Shown here one piece after another: positions 36,549-50,200 of a DNA stretch of 58,554 nucleotides (position 1 is its first letter; every line of letters starts with the position of its first letter). The notes under the pieces were generated by a model that had not been told where the DNA came from, searched no databases, and saw only the letters and a program-made list of their open reading frames with translations. Both the position numbers and the translations under genes were made by a program. Source of the DNA: an uncultured Candidatus Saccharibacteria bacterium (lineage in GTDB: Bacteria > Patescibacteriota > Minisyncoccia > Sungbacterales > HO2-52-23); assembly GCA_964585475.1 (NCBI GenBank), contig CAZPDF010000007.1:1-58554 (forward strand), in the 5' to 3' direction.

Positions 36549-36644
36549 GTCATCCTGAACAAAGTGAAGGATCTCTTGGAACAGCACGGATAGATTCTTC
36601 GCTGCGTTCAGAATGACATTCCTGGGGTTACTCGCTACCAGTTC
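36549..36644. repeat. GTCATCCTGA...TCAGAATGAC element plus ACTCGCTACCAGTTC tail (intergenic)
   Basis: Arms at 36549 and 36608. Tail at 36630-36644. Confidence 0.75.
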
Positions 36645-36669
36645 TACTGCACCTTATTTCCAACGGGGT

Positions 36670-36891
36670 TTAGAAAACTGATATGTCAATTTTTCTTCCG
36701 TTGCGGCGATTTTTTGAATTTTCTATTCGCCGCATCAAAAGTTCCAGCTGATCAAGCCGATAGACGCGATAATTATTCACCGGATTGCGATATGCGGCCA
36801 GCATCCCTTTGCGGTCCCAGTTGCGAAGTGTCAAGGGGGTAACCCCTAAAATATCCGCTGCCTCCTTAATTGTGAGATATTTTCTGTCCAT
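36670..36891 (-). CDS. MerR/excisionase-type HTH DNA-binding protein
   Basis: LTIKEAADILGVTPLTLRNWDRKG..YRVY. Confidence 0.6.
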   Translation of the reverse strand: MDRKYLTIKEAADILGVTPLTLRNWDRKGMLAAYRNPVNNYRVYRLDQLELLMRRIENSKNRRNGRKIDISVF

Positions 36892-37114
36892 ATTTCTACC
36901 TTGTTAAACCTTGATAGCCGACCAATTTCTTTTAGCAAGGTTTAACAACGATAACTAATTTTTATCCACACCCATGTTCTCTATCTCTAATTATGCTCGA
37001 ATCGATGAGCTAACTCAATACTAAGTTTTCCACAAGCAGGGGCGCATTTTAGAGAAACTCGGATGATATACTAAAACTAGGATTTTCCGCATATATTCTT
37101 GCAAAAAACGGTAG

Positions 37115-38530
<1,416 letters not shown>

Positions 38531-38548
38531 TTACTAGTTATTAAAACC

Positions 38549-39286
38549 ATGTCTTTCGAGCCCCAATCCATATTTCTATCTTCCTCCTACGCCACCGGGT
38601 TTTTGGCCTTGAGCACCCTTTTGCTTGGTGCCTGCATATTTTTAGGTGTAGCTCTTTGGAGGAGGCGCCCGGTATATGACGAGGATCTGGAGAGGAGGAA
38701 AAGAGACGCGGAGGCATCAGCCAAAGAAATTATTTCGCGGGCACGGGACGAGCAGATCCGGATCATTCAGGAGGCAGAGCGTAAAGCCGTTGATTTATTG
38801 CACAAAGTCGAGTTTACGAATGCGGTGGCCTCCGACGTTTCGCGCGAACTCGGGGTTGTCCTTAAAGAATTTTTGGCGGGTGAGAGCGGTCGACTCTCGC
38901 AGGCCGCGGAAGAATTTTTGCGTGTCTATCGTTCCATAGGCGAGAACTCAGAAAAAGTATACACCCAAACCCTTGATTCGGCCGCGAGCATCATGACCGA
39001 GAACGCCCGCGAAACCATGCTTAAATTTGAGCAGTCGTTAAAGCAGGAACTTGCCAGGTACGAAACGGCGACGAACGACCGGATCAAAGAATGGCAAGCG
39101 GAGGCCAGGAGTGAGATCGAACAGTATAAGGAGCGAACCTTCACCCGCATTGATGACGCTATCTACCAGATTATACTTTTTGTTTCCAAGCGCGTTTTGG
39201 GCCGGTCGCTCGATATGCGCGATCACCAAGAGTTAGTTATTCGCTCACTTGATGAAGCCAAAAAGGCAGGGTTATTTTTGCCATGA
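38549..39286 (+). CDS. atpF: ATP synthase b-subunit-like protein (extended)
   Basis: One N-terminal TM helix, a long charged coiled coil, and C-terminal VSKRVLGRSLD..HQELVIRSLDEA. Confidence 0.5.
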   Translation: MSFEPQSIFLSSSYATGFLALSTLLLGACIFLGVALWRRRPVYDEDLERRKRDAEASAKEIISRARDEQIRIIQEAERKAVDLLHKVEFTNAVASDVSRELGVVLKEFLAGESGRLSQAAEEFLRVYRSIGENSEKVYTQTLDSAASIMTENARETMLKFEQSLKQELARYETATNDRIKEWQAEARSEIEQYKERTFTRIDDAIYQIILFVSKRVLGRSLDMRDHQELVIRSLDEAKKAGLFLP

Positions 39287-39287
39287 T

Positions 39288-39412
39288 CCCGTTAGAAGTC
39301 TTGGGCATAAAAATTTATGGAAATTTTTATGTCTTAGCAACGGCATGGCGTTTCTAAGAGTCGGATTTTCTCTCGTTTGGTTCGAGCGGGAAATATCTGA
39401 CTTTCTAACGGG
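39288..39412. repeat. CCCGTTAGAAGTC...GACTTTCTAACGGG hairpin element filling the atpF-atpH spacer
   Basis: The termini match the element family at 56-57.5 kb. The element sits between the TGA at 39284-39286 and the ATG at 39413. Confidence 0.7.
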
Positions 39413-39925
39413 ATGAAAACTACGCGAGATATCGAAATAACGGCCATTTTAAGAGCCGTCCGCACCAAGGAGGACAGGGAGTTGTTTTTAGGGATAGCCG
39501 AGGATTTACAAGGCGTGTTTTACCGGCTCCAGGTCGGGGAATTCGATAAGACTGAGACATTGGCGGGTCGACTGCCGGAACGTCTGGCGCGCCCCTTTTT
39601 AGCGGCGCGGGAAGTCGCTCAATACCGGCAAAACCCCGGCGTCTTCAAGAAATTTTTGGAGAATCTGAGATCCGCCTTGGACAGTATGCGGATTCTGCGC
39701 CTGGATTTGGCGTTTGATCCGACCGACGAGGCAGTCGAAAAAATACATGCGTGGGTGTCTCGGGAAGTAGGCGAGGGGATACTGCTTGATATTGATATCG
39801 ATAAAACGATTCTGGGCGGCGCGCGAATCATGTTTGAAGGCAAATATCAGGAATATACGCTTGAAAAAATGATCGAGTCGGTTCTCGCGCGCGAGCGGGA
39901 GGAAATTTTACGATTAATTAAATAG
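39413..39925 (+). CDS. atpH: ATP synthase delta (OSCP)-like subunit
   Basis: Operon position and C-terminal GGARIMFEGKYQEYTLEKMIESV. Confidence 0.5.
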   Translation: MKTTRDIEITAILRAVRTKEDRELFLGIAEDLQGVFYRLQVGEFDKTETLAGRLPERLARPFLAAREVAQYRQNPGVFKKFLENLRSALDSMRILRLDLAFDPTDEAVEKIHAWVSREVGEGILLDIDIDKTILGGARIMFEGKYQEYTLEKMIESVLAREREEILRLIK

Positions 39926-39930
39926 AGTTT

Positions 39931-41391
39931 ATGACGAATGTTAATTTCGACAAATTTCTTACACAGGTTGGGGAGATCGGCTTCATAAATAAAGTTGTTT
40001 CTTCCCTGGTTTATGCCGAAGGCCTCCCCGGAGCCAAGCCGGAAGAGCTTGTAATTTTCGAATCGGGGGAACTCGGAGAGGTCACCGCCCTTACGGAATC
40101 GAACGTCGAGATTCTCGGTTTTTCCAAAAATCCGGTGCGGGTTGGATCTAGGGTGGTACGCACCAATAAGGCGCTTGAGGTGCCGGTGGGCGAGGAACTT
40201 TTGGGCAGAGTTTTGAATCCGCTCGGGCGCTCGATTGACCCGTCAAGTCCCGTCCCGCCGATGAAGGAGATGCGCCCCATTGAGATACTTCCTCCGGGGA
40301 TCGGAAAGCGCGCGCGGATAAAAACCCCCTGTCATACCGGTGTTGCTCTGGCAGATTTAATGATTCCTCTGGGTAAGGGCCAGCGTGAGCTTGTGATGGG
40401 AGATCAGAAAACCGGCAAATCACGGTTTTTGCTCCGTTCTCTCCTTACCCAAGTTAGGCAGGGAGCTGTTGGCGTCTATGCGGTTATCGGCAAAGGGCAG
40501 GTGGCCGTGAAGCAGATCGAAGAATCTTTGCGGCAGCTGGGGATCATGGATCGTACCGTCATTGTAACGTCCATGTCCGATGACGCGTCAGGAATGATTT
40601 TTTTGACGCCCTATACCGCGATGACCATTGCCGAATATTTCCGGGACGCCGGTCGCGATGTTCTCCTAGTGCTGGATGATCTTTCGGTCCACGCCAAGGC
40701 CTATCGGGAAATTGCGCTTCTCGGCCGGAGGTTTCCCGGCCGCAATTCCTACCCGGGCGATATTTTCTACACCCATGCGCGGCTTCTCGAAAGGGCTGGA
40801 AATTTTATCACCCCGCTAGGCGAGCGAGCCATCACCTGTTTGCCCGTGGTCGAAACCACACAGGGCGACCTCACGGGCTTCATTCAAACCAACATCATGG
40901 CCATGACCGACGGTCATATTTTCTTTGACCACACTTTGTTTGCGGAAGGGCGGCGGCCGGCTATAGACCCCTTTCTTTCGGTTACCCGCGTCGGCCGGCA
41001 AACCCAAACGCCTTTGCAGCGCGAAGTCGGACGCACCCTGATTACTTTTTTACGGGAGGTGGCGGGTTTGCATAATTTCGCGAGTTTCGGAGCTGAACTC
41101 GGAGAACGCATCCGTTCCTCACTTGAGAAAGAGAAACGGATCATGCAGTTTTTTGATCAGACCGCCTATGATTCGATTCCTGCGAATTTGCAACTTGTCC
41201 TCTTTGGTCTTATCTGGGGAGATTTTTGGCAGGAGAAGAACCTCGAAGAAGTACGCCTGGCGATCCAGAAAACCATTTTTATGTATGAGACACGGCTGGA
41301 GGTACGGAGGAGGGTTGACGGTACGATTTCTCTTTGCGACTCCACTGAATCACTGATCAACCATATAGGAGATCTAGATTTTTTTAAATAA
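39931..41391 (+). CDS. atpA: F1 ATPase alpha subunit
   Basis: GDQKTGKS P-loop, RFPGRNSYPGDIFYTHARLLERA, GRRPAIDPFLSVTRVG. Confidence 0.85.
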   Translation: MTNVNFDKFLTQVGEIGFINKVVSSLVYAEGLPGAKPEELVIFESGELGEVTALTESNVEILGFSKNPVRVGSRVVRTNKALEVPVGEELLGRVLNPLGRSIDPSSPVPPMKEMRPIEILPPGIGKRARIKTPCHTGVALADLMIPLGKGQRELVMGDQKTGKSRFLLRSLLTQVRQGAVGVYAVIGKGQVAVKQIEESLRQLGIMDRTVIVTSMSDDASGMIFLTPYTAMTIAEYFRDAGRDVLLVLDDLSVHAKAYREIALLGRRFPGRNSYPGDIFYTHARLLERAGNFITPLGERAITCLPVVETTQGDLTGFIQTNIMAMTDGHIFFDHTLFAEGRRPAIDPFLSVTRVGRQTQTPLQREVGRTLITFLREVAGLHNFASFGAELGERIRSSLEKEKRIMQFFDQTAYDSIPANLQLVLFGLIWGDFWQEKNLEEVRLAIQKTIFMYETRLEVRRRVDGTISLCDSTESLINHIGDLDFFK

Positions 41392-41402
41392 ACCAGTCAA
41401 AC

Positions 41403-42275
41403 ATGATTAACCCAAAAGTAATTGCCGTCGATCTGGCCCGTCTCCAAACTTTCAAAATGATCATGGAAACCTACGAGACTATTGCCGCTTCCTCGATGCG
41501 CCGCATCCGACATTCGGTTTTGCAGAACCGGGAGTACCACCTGGGACTCAATAAATTATTCCAGGAGGCGAAGCGCGCCTATGAGGGCGAGATGCGCGAA
41601 CTTATGGAACGGAAAAAAATTAGCGGCATAGCCGGGCTCTCGCTTATCAAACGGAACGCCCGCACGGCCTATCTTCTCCTTTCGGCCAACACCGGGCTTT
41701 ATGGCGACATCATAAACCGAACCTTTTTCTTTTTTTTGGAGCGGCTGCGGCAAGGGAATGCGGATGCCGCTATTGTCGGAAGGGCGGGTGAAGCCATGTT
41801 GGAGGCGGTATCCCCCGCGACCCCGCGCCTTTATTTCGAGTTTCCGGATACCCACATAGCACCGAAAAATTTAAAAATAATTACCCAGCATCTTAGTCAG
41901 TATGAAAAAGTAGTGGTGTTTTACGGGGAATTTAAAAGCATTTTGACGCAATCTCCGACCGCGACCAACATTTCCGGCGATATATACTTGGCCGGAGACG
42001 GAGGGGATTTGGGCGCCCGATATATTTTTGAGCCGTCGCTCGAAACCATCGCTATTTTCTTTGAAACCGAGATTTTTGCTTCGCTGCTGGAGGGAACTTT
42101 CCATGAATCGCGTCTGGCTAAACTTGCCTCGCGCCTCGTCCTACTTGATCGCGCTACATCGAATATTGATAATGAGTTCCGGCGCGTTTGGTCTGAGCGC
42201 GGTAAGCTGCGGCATCGCCTAGCCAACAAGAAACAGCTTGATGCAGTTAGCGGTATATCCCTTTGGGGAAGATAG
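41403..42275 (+). CDS. atpG: F1 ATPase gamma subunit
   Basis: Operon position, 290 aa, and conserved N- and C-terminal helices (..SRLAKLASRL..AT.NIDNE...KLRHRLANKKQLD). Confidence 0.75.
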   Translation: MINPKVIAVDLARLQTFKMIMETYETIAASSMRRIRHSVLQNREYHLGLNKLFQEAKRAYEGEMRELMERKKISGIAGLSLIKRNARTAYLLLSANTGLYGDIINRTFFFFLERLRQGNADAAIVGRAGEAMLEAVSPATPRLYFEFPDTHIAPKNLKIITQHLSQYEKVVVFYGEFKSILTQSPTATNISGDIYLAGDGGDLGARYIFEPSLETIAIFFETEIFASLLEGTFHESRLAKLASRLVLLDRATSNIDNEFRRVWSERGKLRHRLANKKQLDAVSGISLWGR

Positions 42276-42345
42276 CGTGTGGGATTTCTATCGGCGTCCG
42301 ATCGGCGTACCTATCAGCGTAAGATCAGCGGAGTACCGCAGATAA

Positions 42346-43788
<1,443 letters not shown>

Positions 43789-43807
43789 GAACCAGTAACA
43801 AATAACT

Positions 43808-43980
43808 GAACTGGTAGCGAGTATATTCCTAAATGTCATTCTGAGCGCAGCGAAGAATCCCCTCATTTACGGCAAGAGCTCCTTCACGGAGTTTACCCTG
43901 AGATTCTTCACTTCGTTCAGAATGACTCACGAAGGGCTCAGGACGACAACGGGGAAAAGCGCTTTACTCGCCACCAGTTC
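43808..43980. repeat. Composite palindromic element with outer GAACTGGTAGCGAGT / ACTCGCCACCAGTTC repeats
   Basis: Inner arms GTCATTCTGA at 43835, TCAGAATGAC at 43917 and TCAGGACGAC at 43937. Lies between atpD and atpC. Confidence 0.75.
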
Positions 43981-43998
43981 ACTAGTAACTAAAAAATC

Positions 43999-44274
43999 AT
44001 GGATAGCAACGCAACAATTCAAACTCCAACCCTTTCCGTAACGATTAGAGATCGCGAAGGCATTATTTTTGAGGGCCCAGTGACCGCTCTCTCCTCCTTC
44101 AACGACAAAGGGCCTTTTGACGTCTTGCCTATGCATGCCAATTTCATCTCGTTGATTCATCGCTCCCTCACCCTCCATTTCCGGGATTTGCCCTCAAGAC
44201 GCCTTGAGATGGAAACAGGAGTTCTCAAGGTGCGGGATAATATGGTTCAAGTATATCTTGGCGTTCTTCATTAG
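43999..44274 (+). CDS. atpC: F1 ATPase epsilon subunit (short, beta-sandwich only)
   Basis: Operon position and GPFDVLPMHANFISLI. Confidence 0.6.
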   Translation: MDSNATIQTPTLSVTIRDREGIIFEGPVTALSSFNDKGPFDVLPMHANFISLIHRSLTLHFRDLPSRRLEMETGVLKVRDNMVQVYLGVLH

Positions 44275-44282
44275 GATTTATT

Positions 44283-47200
44283 ATGAGTTTCTCTAGCAAA
44301 AAACCGCAAAAGGATGGGGTGACGCGACGCTCGCTGTGGCTGTTGGGTTGTTTTCTCGCGGCCTTAGTTCTTACGGCAGGTCTTATAGGTGTATGGTCGG
44401 CTGAGGCCAGCAGTCTTGAGGATGCGCAAGATCTTACCGTCCTTTCGTTGTCATCCTCGCGGCCACTTTTTGCGGCTTTTCTTGACGACGCCGGAACATT
44501 TATTAGAAGTTTATTCCGCCGCCTGATCCCTTCGCGCGCCGTTACGGCAGATTTGGATGGTCAGGCCATTCGTCAAAAAAATAGCGGGCTTCTCGCGCCT
44601 TCCACTCCGCGCTCGACGGTTCGCATAAATGTTCCGAGCGAATTCAAAACCGAAGTCACCGTGCGCGGGCTTCTAAGAGGAACCGACATTGATTTGGGTT
44701 CGGGCACCATAATCGCCTCCAATGTTATTTATGGCGTCACGGCCGGAGACGGCATCGTTATTACCGGCGGCCAGCGGCCCGCGGTGTCTTCCGCTTTTTG
44801 GAGGAGGCGCGGGGACGTTATTGTTACCCGGGATCCCGGTTTGTCGCTTGAAGTTACCGGCGGAGTTACTATCGGCACCACCACCGGCTCCCGGCTTACT
44901 TTTGCGGGGCCGAGCGTCACCCGATACTTAGGAACCAATCTTACTCAATATAATAATTTTTCGACGACTACCATTTTAAATTCCGCGGCCAACGCCTGGA
45001 GCATTGCGACGTCCGCCACCGCCACTCCGATTTTGAGCATTGATACCCGTGGCGCCGGCTCGGTAAAGATTACCGGGTCCTTGGGTATTGGTACGACTTC
45101 TCTCGGTGCGGTATTGGCGGTTCAACAGCAAGATGCTTCCACCACCGCCTTCCGGCTCATTGGATTATCCGAGCGGCTGGGACGGCTCTTTGAAATTATT
45201 GATGCATCCAGCACTCCTCGTTTGGTTATTGACGGTTCGGGTCGGCTTGGCATTGGAACAACCTCGCCTTCAAGCCTGCTTGCCGTCAGCGGCAGCTCAA
45301 CTTTTACGGGTCCGCTTAGCGCGAGCGCGAGCGCCTATCTTGCCACGGCCGGCGGGAGCGTGGGCGTAGGAACCGTAAATCCCACGAGTCTTTTGAGCGT
45401 GCGGGGAACGCTGGATGTTTCGCTTGACGCGAAATTCGGCACAAGCCCTTTAATCCCCGTTATTAGTTGCGGCGGATCTGGAGTGCTTGAAACGGATGGA
45501 GAGGGAAGAATTACTTGCGGCTCGGACGCGGTTGGCGGAGGGGGCGTGGGCGGGTCCGGCGCAACCGGACAGGTTACTTTTTGGGCGAGTAGCGGTTCCC
45601 TGACCGGCAATTCCAATCTCATATTTGATTCAAGCACCGGACGACTCGGTATCGGCACTTCGTCTCCGGCTCAATCGCTCTCCGTAGGCGGCAATACATA
45701 TATAGTAGGGGGACTCGGCGTAGGGGTGGCGACAACTACTGCCGGGGCATTTGAGGTTTCCGGTCAGGCGTCCATCGGAGGCGCCCTGTCTCTTGCGGGC
45801 AACCTTGCGGTATCCGGTAGCGCGACCTCAACCTTTATATCGGGTCTCTCCGTCGGACTCTTAAACATTTCCTCCACCACCGCCAGTTCCACTTTCGCCA
45901 GCGGTATAAATCTTAATAACGGATGTTTTGCTATAAACGGCGGGTGTGTTGCCGGTGGCGCAACCGTCACTGGTGCCGGAGCTTCAGGGCAAGTTACTTT
46001 CTGGACCGGCGTCTCTTCCATTTCCGGGGACAACGCTTTTTTCTGGGATAGTTCCGCGGGGCGCCTCGGCCTAGGCACCACGTCTCCCAATTCGCTCTTG
46101 AATCTATATGGCACCTCGACTCTGGCCACTTTCCAGTCATTCATAAATTCCACGTCGGCTTTCAGAATCTTGAATGCGGCCTCCTCCTCGGTGTTTACCG
46201 TAGACACCTCCAATGGTTCCACCACCATTTCCGGAGTATTCAATGCCAACGGCGTAGGTACTTCCACTTTCGGAGGTGGACTTTCCGCGAATCTTTTGAA
46301 TGTCAGATCCACCTCGGCCAGTTCCACCTTTGGCAACGGCATTAGGTTATTGAACGGATGCTTTGAACTTACGGACGGCACCTGTGCGGTATCGAGCGCC
46401 GGAGCTGCGGCCTCATCCGGATGGACAGATGACGGAACCATAGTGCGTTTGAACCAAGCCGGAGACCAGGTATCCATAGGAAACTCGAGCCCTCTTTCCC
46501 CGGCCGTACTTTCTATTTACGCCACCACCTCCACTGCGGTTCCCTTGATCGCGCAGGCAGCGGCCAACCAGACCGCGGACCTGGTCCGCATCCAGAATTC
46601 CGGAGGAGCGAACTTGATCGTGGCCGACTACCAAGGCCGCGTATCCATTGGCACTTCTTCGGCGGTATCGCTATTCAACCTCTACGGCACCTCGACTCTG
46701 GCCACTTTCCAGTCATTCATAAATTCCACCTCGGCCTTCAGAATCTTGAATGCGGCCTCCTCCTCGGTGTTTACCGTAGACACCTCCAATGGTTCCACCA
46801 CCATTTCCGGAGTATTCAATGCCAACGGCGTAGGTACTTCCACTTTCGGAGGTGGACTTTCCGCGAATCTTTTGAATGTCAGATCCACCTCGGCCAGTTC
46901 CACCTTTGGAAATGGAATCATCCTTTCGAGTGGCTGCTTCAGAACCGTGAGCGGGGATTGCGCGGCCACGGGTTCGACCACCATTGATCAGGGTACTGCC
47001 AACCGTGTCACGTATTACTCGACCGCGTCCACTCTTGATTCAGCCAACTACCTTACCACCGACATTACCAACTCGCGCCTGGGAATCGGCACCACCACAC
47101 CGGGCACCACCTTAGGAGTTACCGGAGACGCGGTTATTACCGGAGTCCTTACCATGCGTCAATTCAACGCCACCTCGACCAGCGCAACTTCAACCATCCA

Positions 47201-50200
47201 GGGATTTCTTGACGTTTTGGGCACCGGATCAAACTCCACCTCCACTTACGCCTCTAACCTTTGGGTCAAAGGAGGACTTCAAATCGGAACCGGTTCTGTA
47301 CTCATTGGAAATAATTTCCTGAATTTTAACCAGTCAGCCTCCACTTCGCTTGCAGGCGCGGTCAATGCGTGGAACATCGGAGGAGCAAATCTTCTCTCGA
47401 TTGACGCTTTTAATAATCGTTTGGGTCTTGCTACCCAAACTCCCGCGTCTTTGCTATCTATCGCCGGAACCTCGACGATTGCCTTGGCCGGATCTTCGGG
47501 CCTTGGCAACATCGGCCTCTTGAACATCCAGCAAAACTCAATCGGAACCCCTGCCATGATTTACGGCCGAAGATTCACGGACGACTGGGTAACTACTGCG
47601 GCCACCAATACCGCAACCTCCACCTTTTTCTTAAGATTTGATGATACGAGAAATCAAGGGGTCTCTAACCTCATTACCGGCACCGCTACTACTTCCGGAT
47701 CACTTCTTTTCGGAGTTGATGTGAGGGGGGCGCTTACCATCAACCATGGATCTTCATCCGCGGTCGTGGTTGGTAAGCTTGGGATCGGCTCTCTCCCCCA
47801 ATCCATTGTTGTTTCCGGCAGATATGCCTATGTGGTGGATCAGGGAAGCGCTGATCTGAAAGTTATTGATGTTTCAAACCCGAGCGCTCCGGTTACAGTC
47901 GGTTCCCTTGGTATCGGCGATCTCCCCACATCCATCGCGGTCTCCGGCCGCTACGCCTACGTGGTGGATTATGGAAGCGATGACTTCAAAGTGATTGACG
48001 TTTCCAACCCATCCGCTCCGGTTAGAGTCGGTTCCCTTGACATTGGTACTACCCCCTGGTCCATCGCGGTCTCCGGCAGATATGCCTATGTGGTGGATCA
48101 GGTAAGCGTTGATTTGAAAGTGATTGACGTTTCCAACCCATCCGCTCCGGTTAGAGTCGGTTCCCTTGGTATAGGCGCTAACCCCACATCCATCGCGGTC
48201 TCCGGCCGCTACGCCTACGTGGTAGATTCGGGAAGCGATGACTTGAAAGTGATTGACGTTTCCAATCCGTCGGCTCCGGTAACTGTGGGAACCCTTGGTA
48301 TCGGCAATCTCCCCACATCCATCGCGGTCTCCGGCAGATATGCCTATGTGGTGGATCGGGGAAGCCAAGACCTTAGGGTGATTGACGTTTCCAACCCATC
48401 CGCTCCGGTTAGAGTCGGTTCCCTTGGTATAGGCGCTAACCCCACATCCATCGCGGTCTCCGGCCGCTACGCCTACGTGGTAGATTCGGGAAGCGATGAC
48501 TTGAAAGTGATTGACGTTTCCAATCCGTCGGCTCCGGTAACTGTGGGAACCCTTGGTATCGGCGATCTCCCCACATCCATCGCGGTCTCCGGCCGCTACG
48601 CCTACGTGTTAGATTCGGGAAGCGATGACTTGAAAGTGATTGACGTTTCCGGGGCAGAGGTGAATGCGTTAATGGCGCATTCCCTTGAGGCCGGATCTTT
48701 GCAGGTTCGGGATGATATTACCGCGCGAGGATTGAATCTTTCAGGAGGTCTTACTGTGGGCCCCAATGGCCTTCTCTCGCAGGGTACGGTCGGCATTTCT
48801 TTGCCTCTTGCCACAACCACTTTCATCAGCACCTCCACCTCCATTCTTACTCTCACTCACGCCACCGGAACATTTGCCGGAACCGGCCTTCTCATGGATT
48901 TTGCTACCTCCTCTGCCACCACCTCACCAACTAGAGGTGCAGGAACATTCACCGGAAACTTTCTTGAATTCAAGAATCGCGGCATCTCTAGATTCGTGGT
49001 GGACAAACTCGGGCGCCTCGCCATAGGCACGACAACTCCGGCCTGGTCCTTACAAGTCGCATCCAACACCCAGACCTATCTTACCCTGACGGCAAATGAT
49101 GCCAGCGCCAACCTCAAACACTGGACCCTTTCTTCCCAAGGAGGCAACTTCTACATATCCTCCTCCTCCGACGCCTACGCCACCAGTTCTACCGCTAGAC
49201 TCACCCTGTTAAGCTCCGGCCTCGTAGGAGTTGCCACCTCTTCCCCTTCCACCAACTTTTCCGTACTCGGAAATATCTATGCCACCGGAGGCCTTGGAGT
49301 AGGAAGATCCACCACCACCGCCGGAGTCCTGGATGTCGCAGGATCTGCCACCTCGACCTTTGTGGGAAACTTCGGGATTAACATGACTGGAGGGTGTTAT
49401 GCGCTTAACGGATCGTGCGTGGGAGGAGGCGGCGGAGTTTCGGGATCGGGAGCGACAAATAAGGTAACCTATTGGGATACTTCGAGCACCATTTCTTCGA
49501 ACGCCCTCTTTTCCTGGGATAACTCAAATGTTCGATTTGGTGTGGGCACGACCTCTCCCGGCGCACGTCTTTCCGTTGCCGGAGGGGGTTCCGCAAGCGG
49601 CATGTCAAACGCCATACTCTATAGCTTGGGCAACTTTATCTACGCTTCTTCCTCCACCTCCACTATCCCCAATCTTGCCCCATACGCTTTCTCTATTGCC
49701 ACCTCCACCACTGCCCAACCCATTTTCTCCATTGACACCCGTGGGGCCAGGGGCACCTCGTCTTTCCTGGGAGGATTTTCCATTGACGACGGAGCCGTGT
49801 TATATGACACCGCCACCGGCACTCTCTCGGTTGACGCTTTGAATACGGGACCGATGTCTTTTGACACGGATGCGGGAATGGTTTCCTGGATTGATATGCC
49901 CAGTTCAACCACGACGGCCGGTATTGCCATGAGTTATTCGGCTATGGTTGACTCAACGCAAGTTCTCACTATCTACGCCACCACCACTGCTTCCGGGAAC
50001 ATCACTTTCGGCTCGGTCGGCATCGGCACAACTACTCCTGGCGCAGCGCTGGACGTTCTTGGGGCGCTTTGCGTGGATGATGCAACTCCAGCCTGTGCGA
50101 ATGCGGCACGCGCCCCAGGCACTATTTACGCCGTGGCCACCACAATCACTGGCATTGACGTTGCCGAGCAGTATCCGACGACTGATACATCTCTTGAGGC

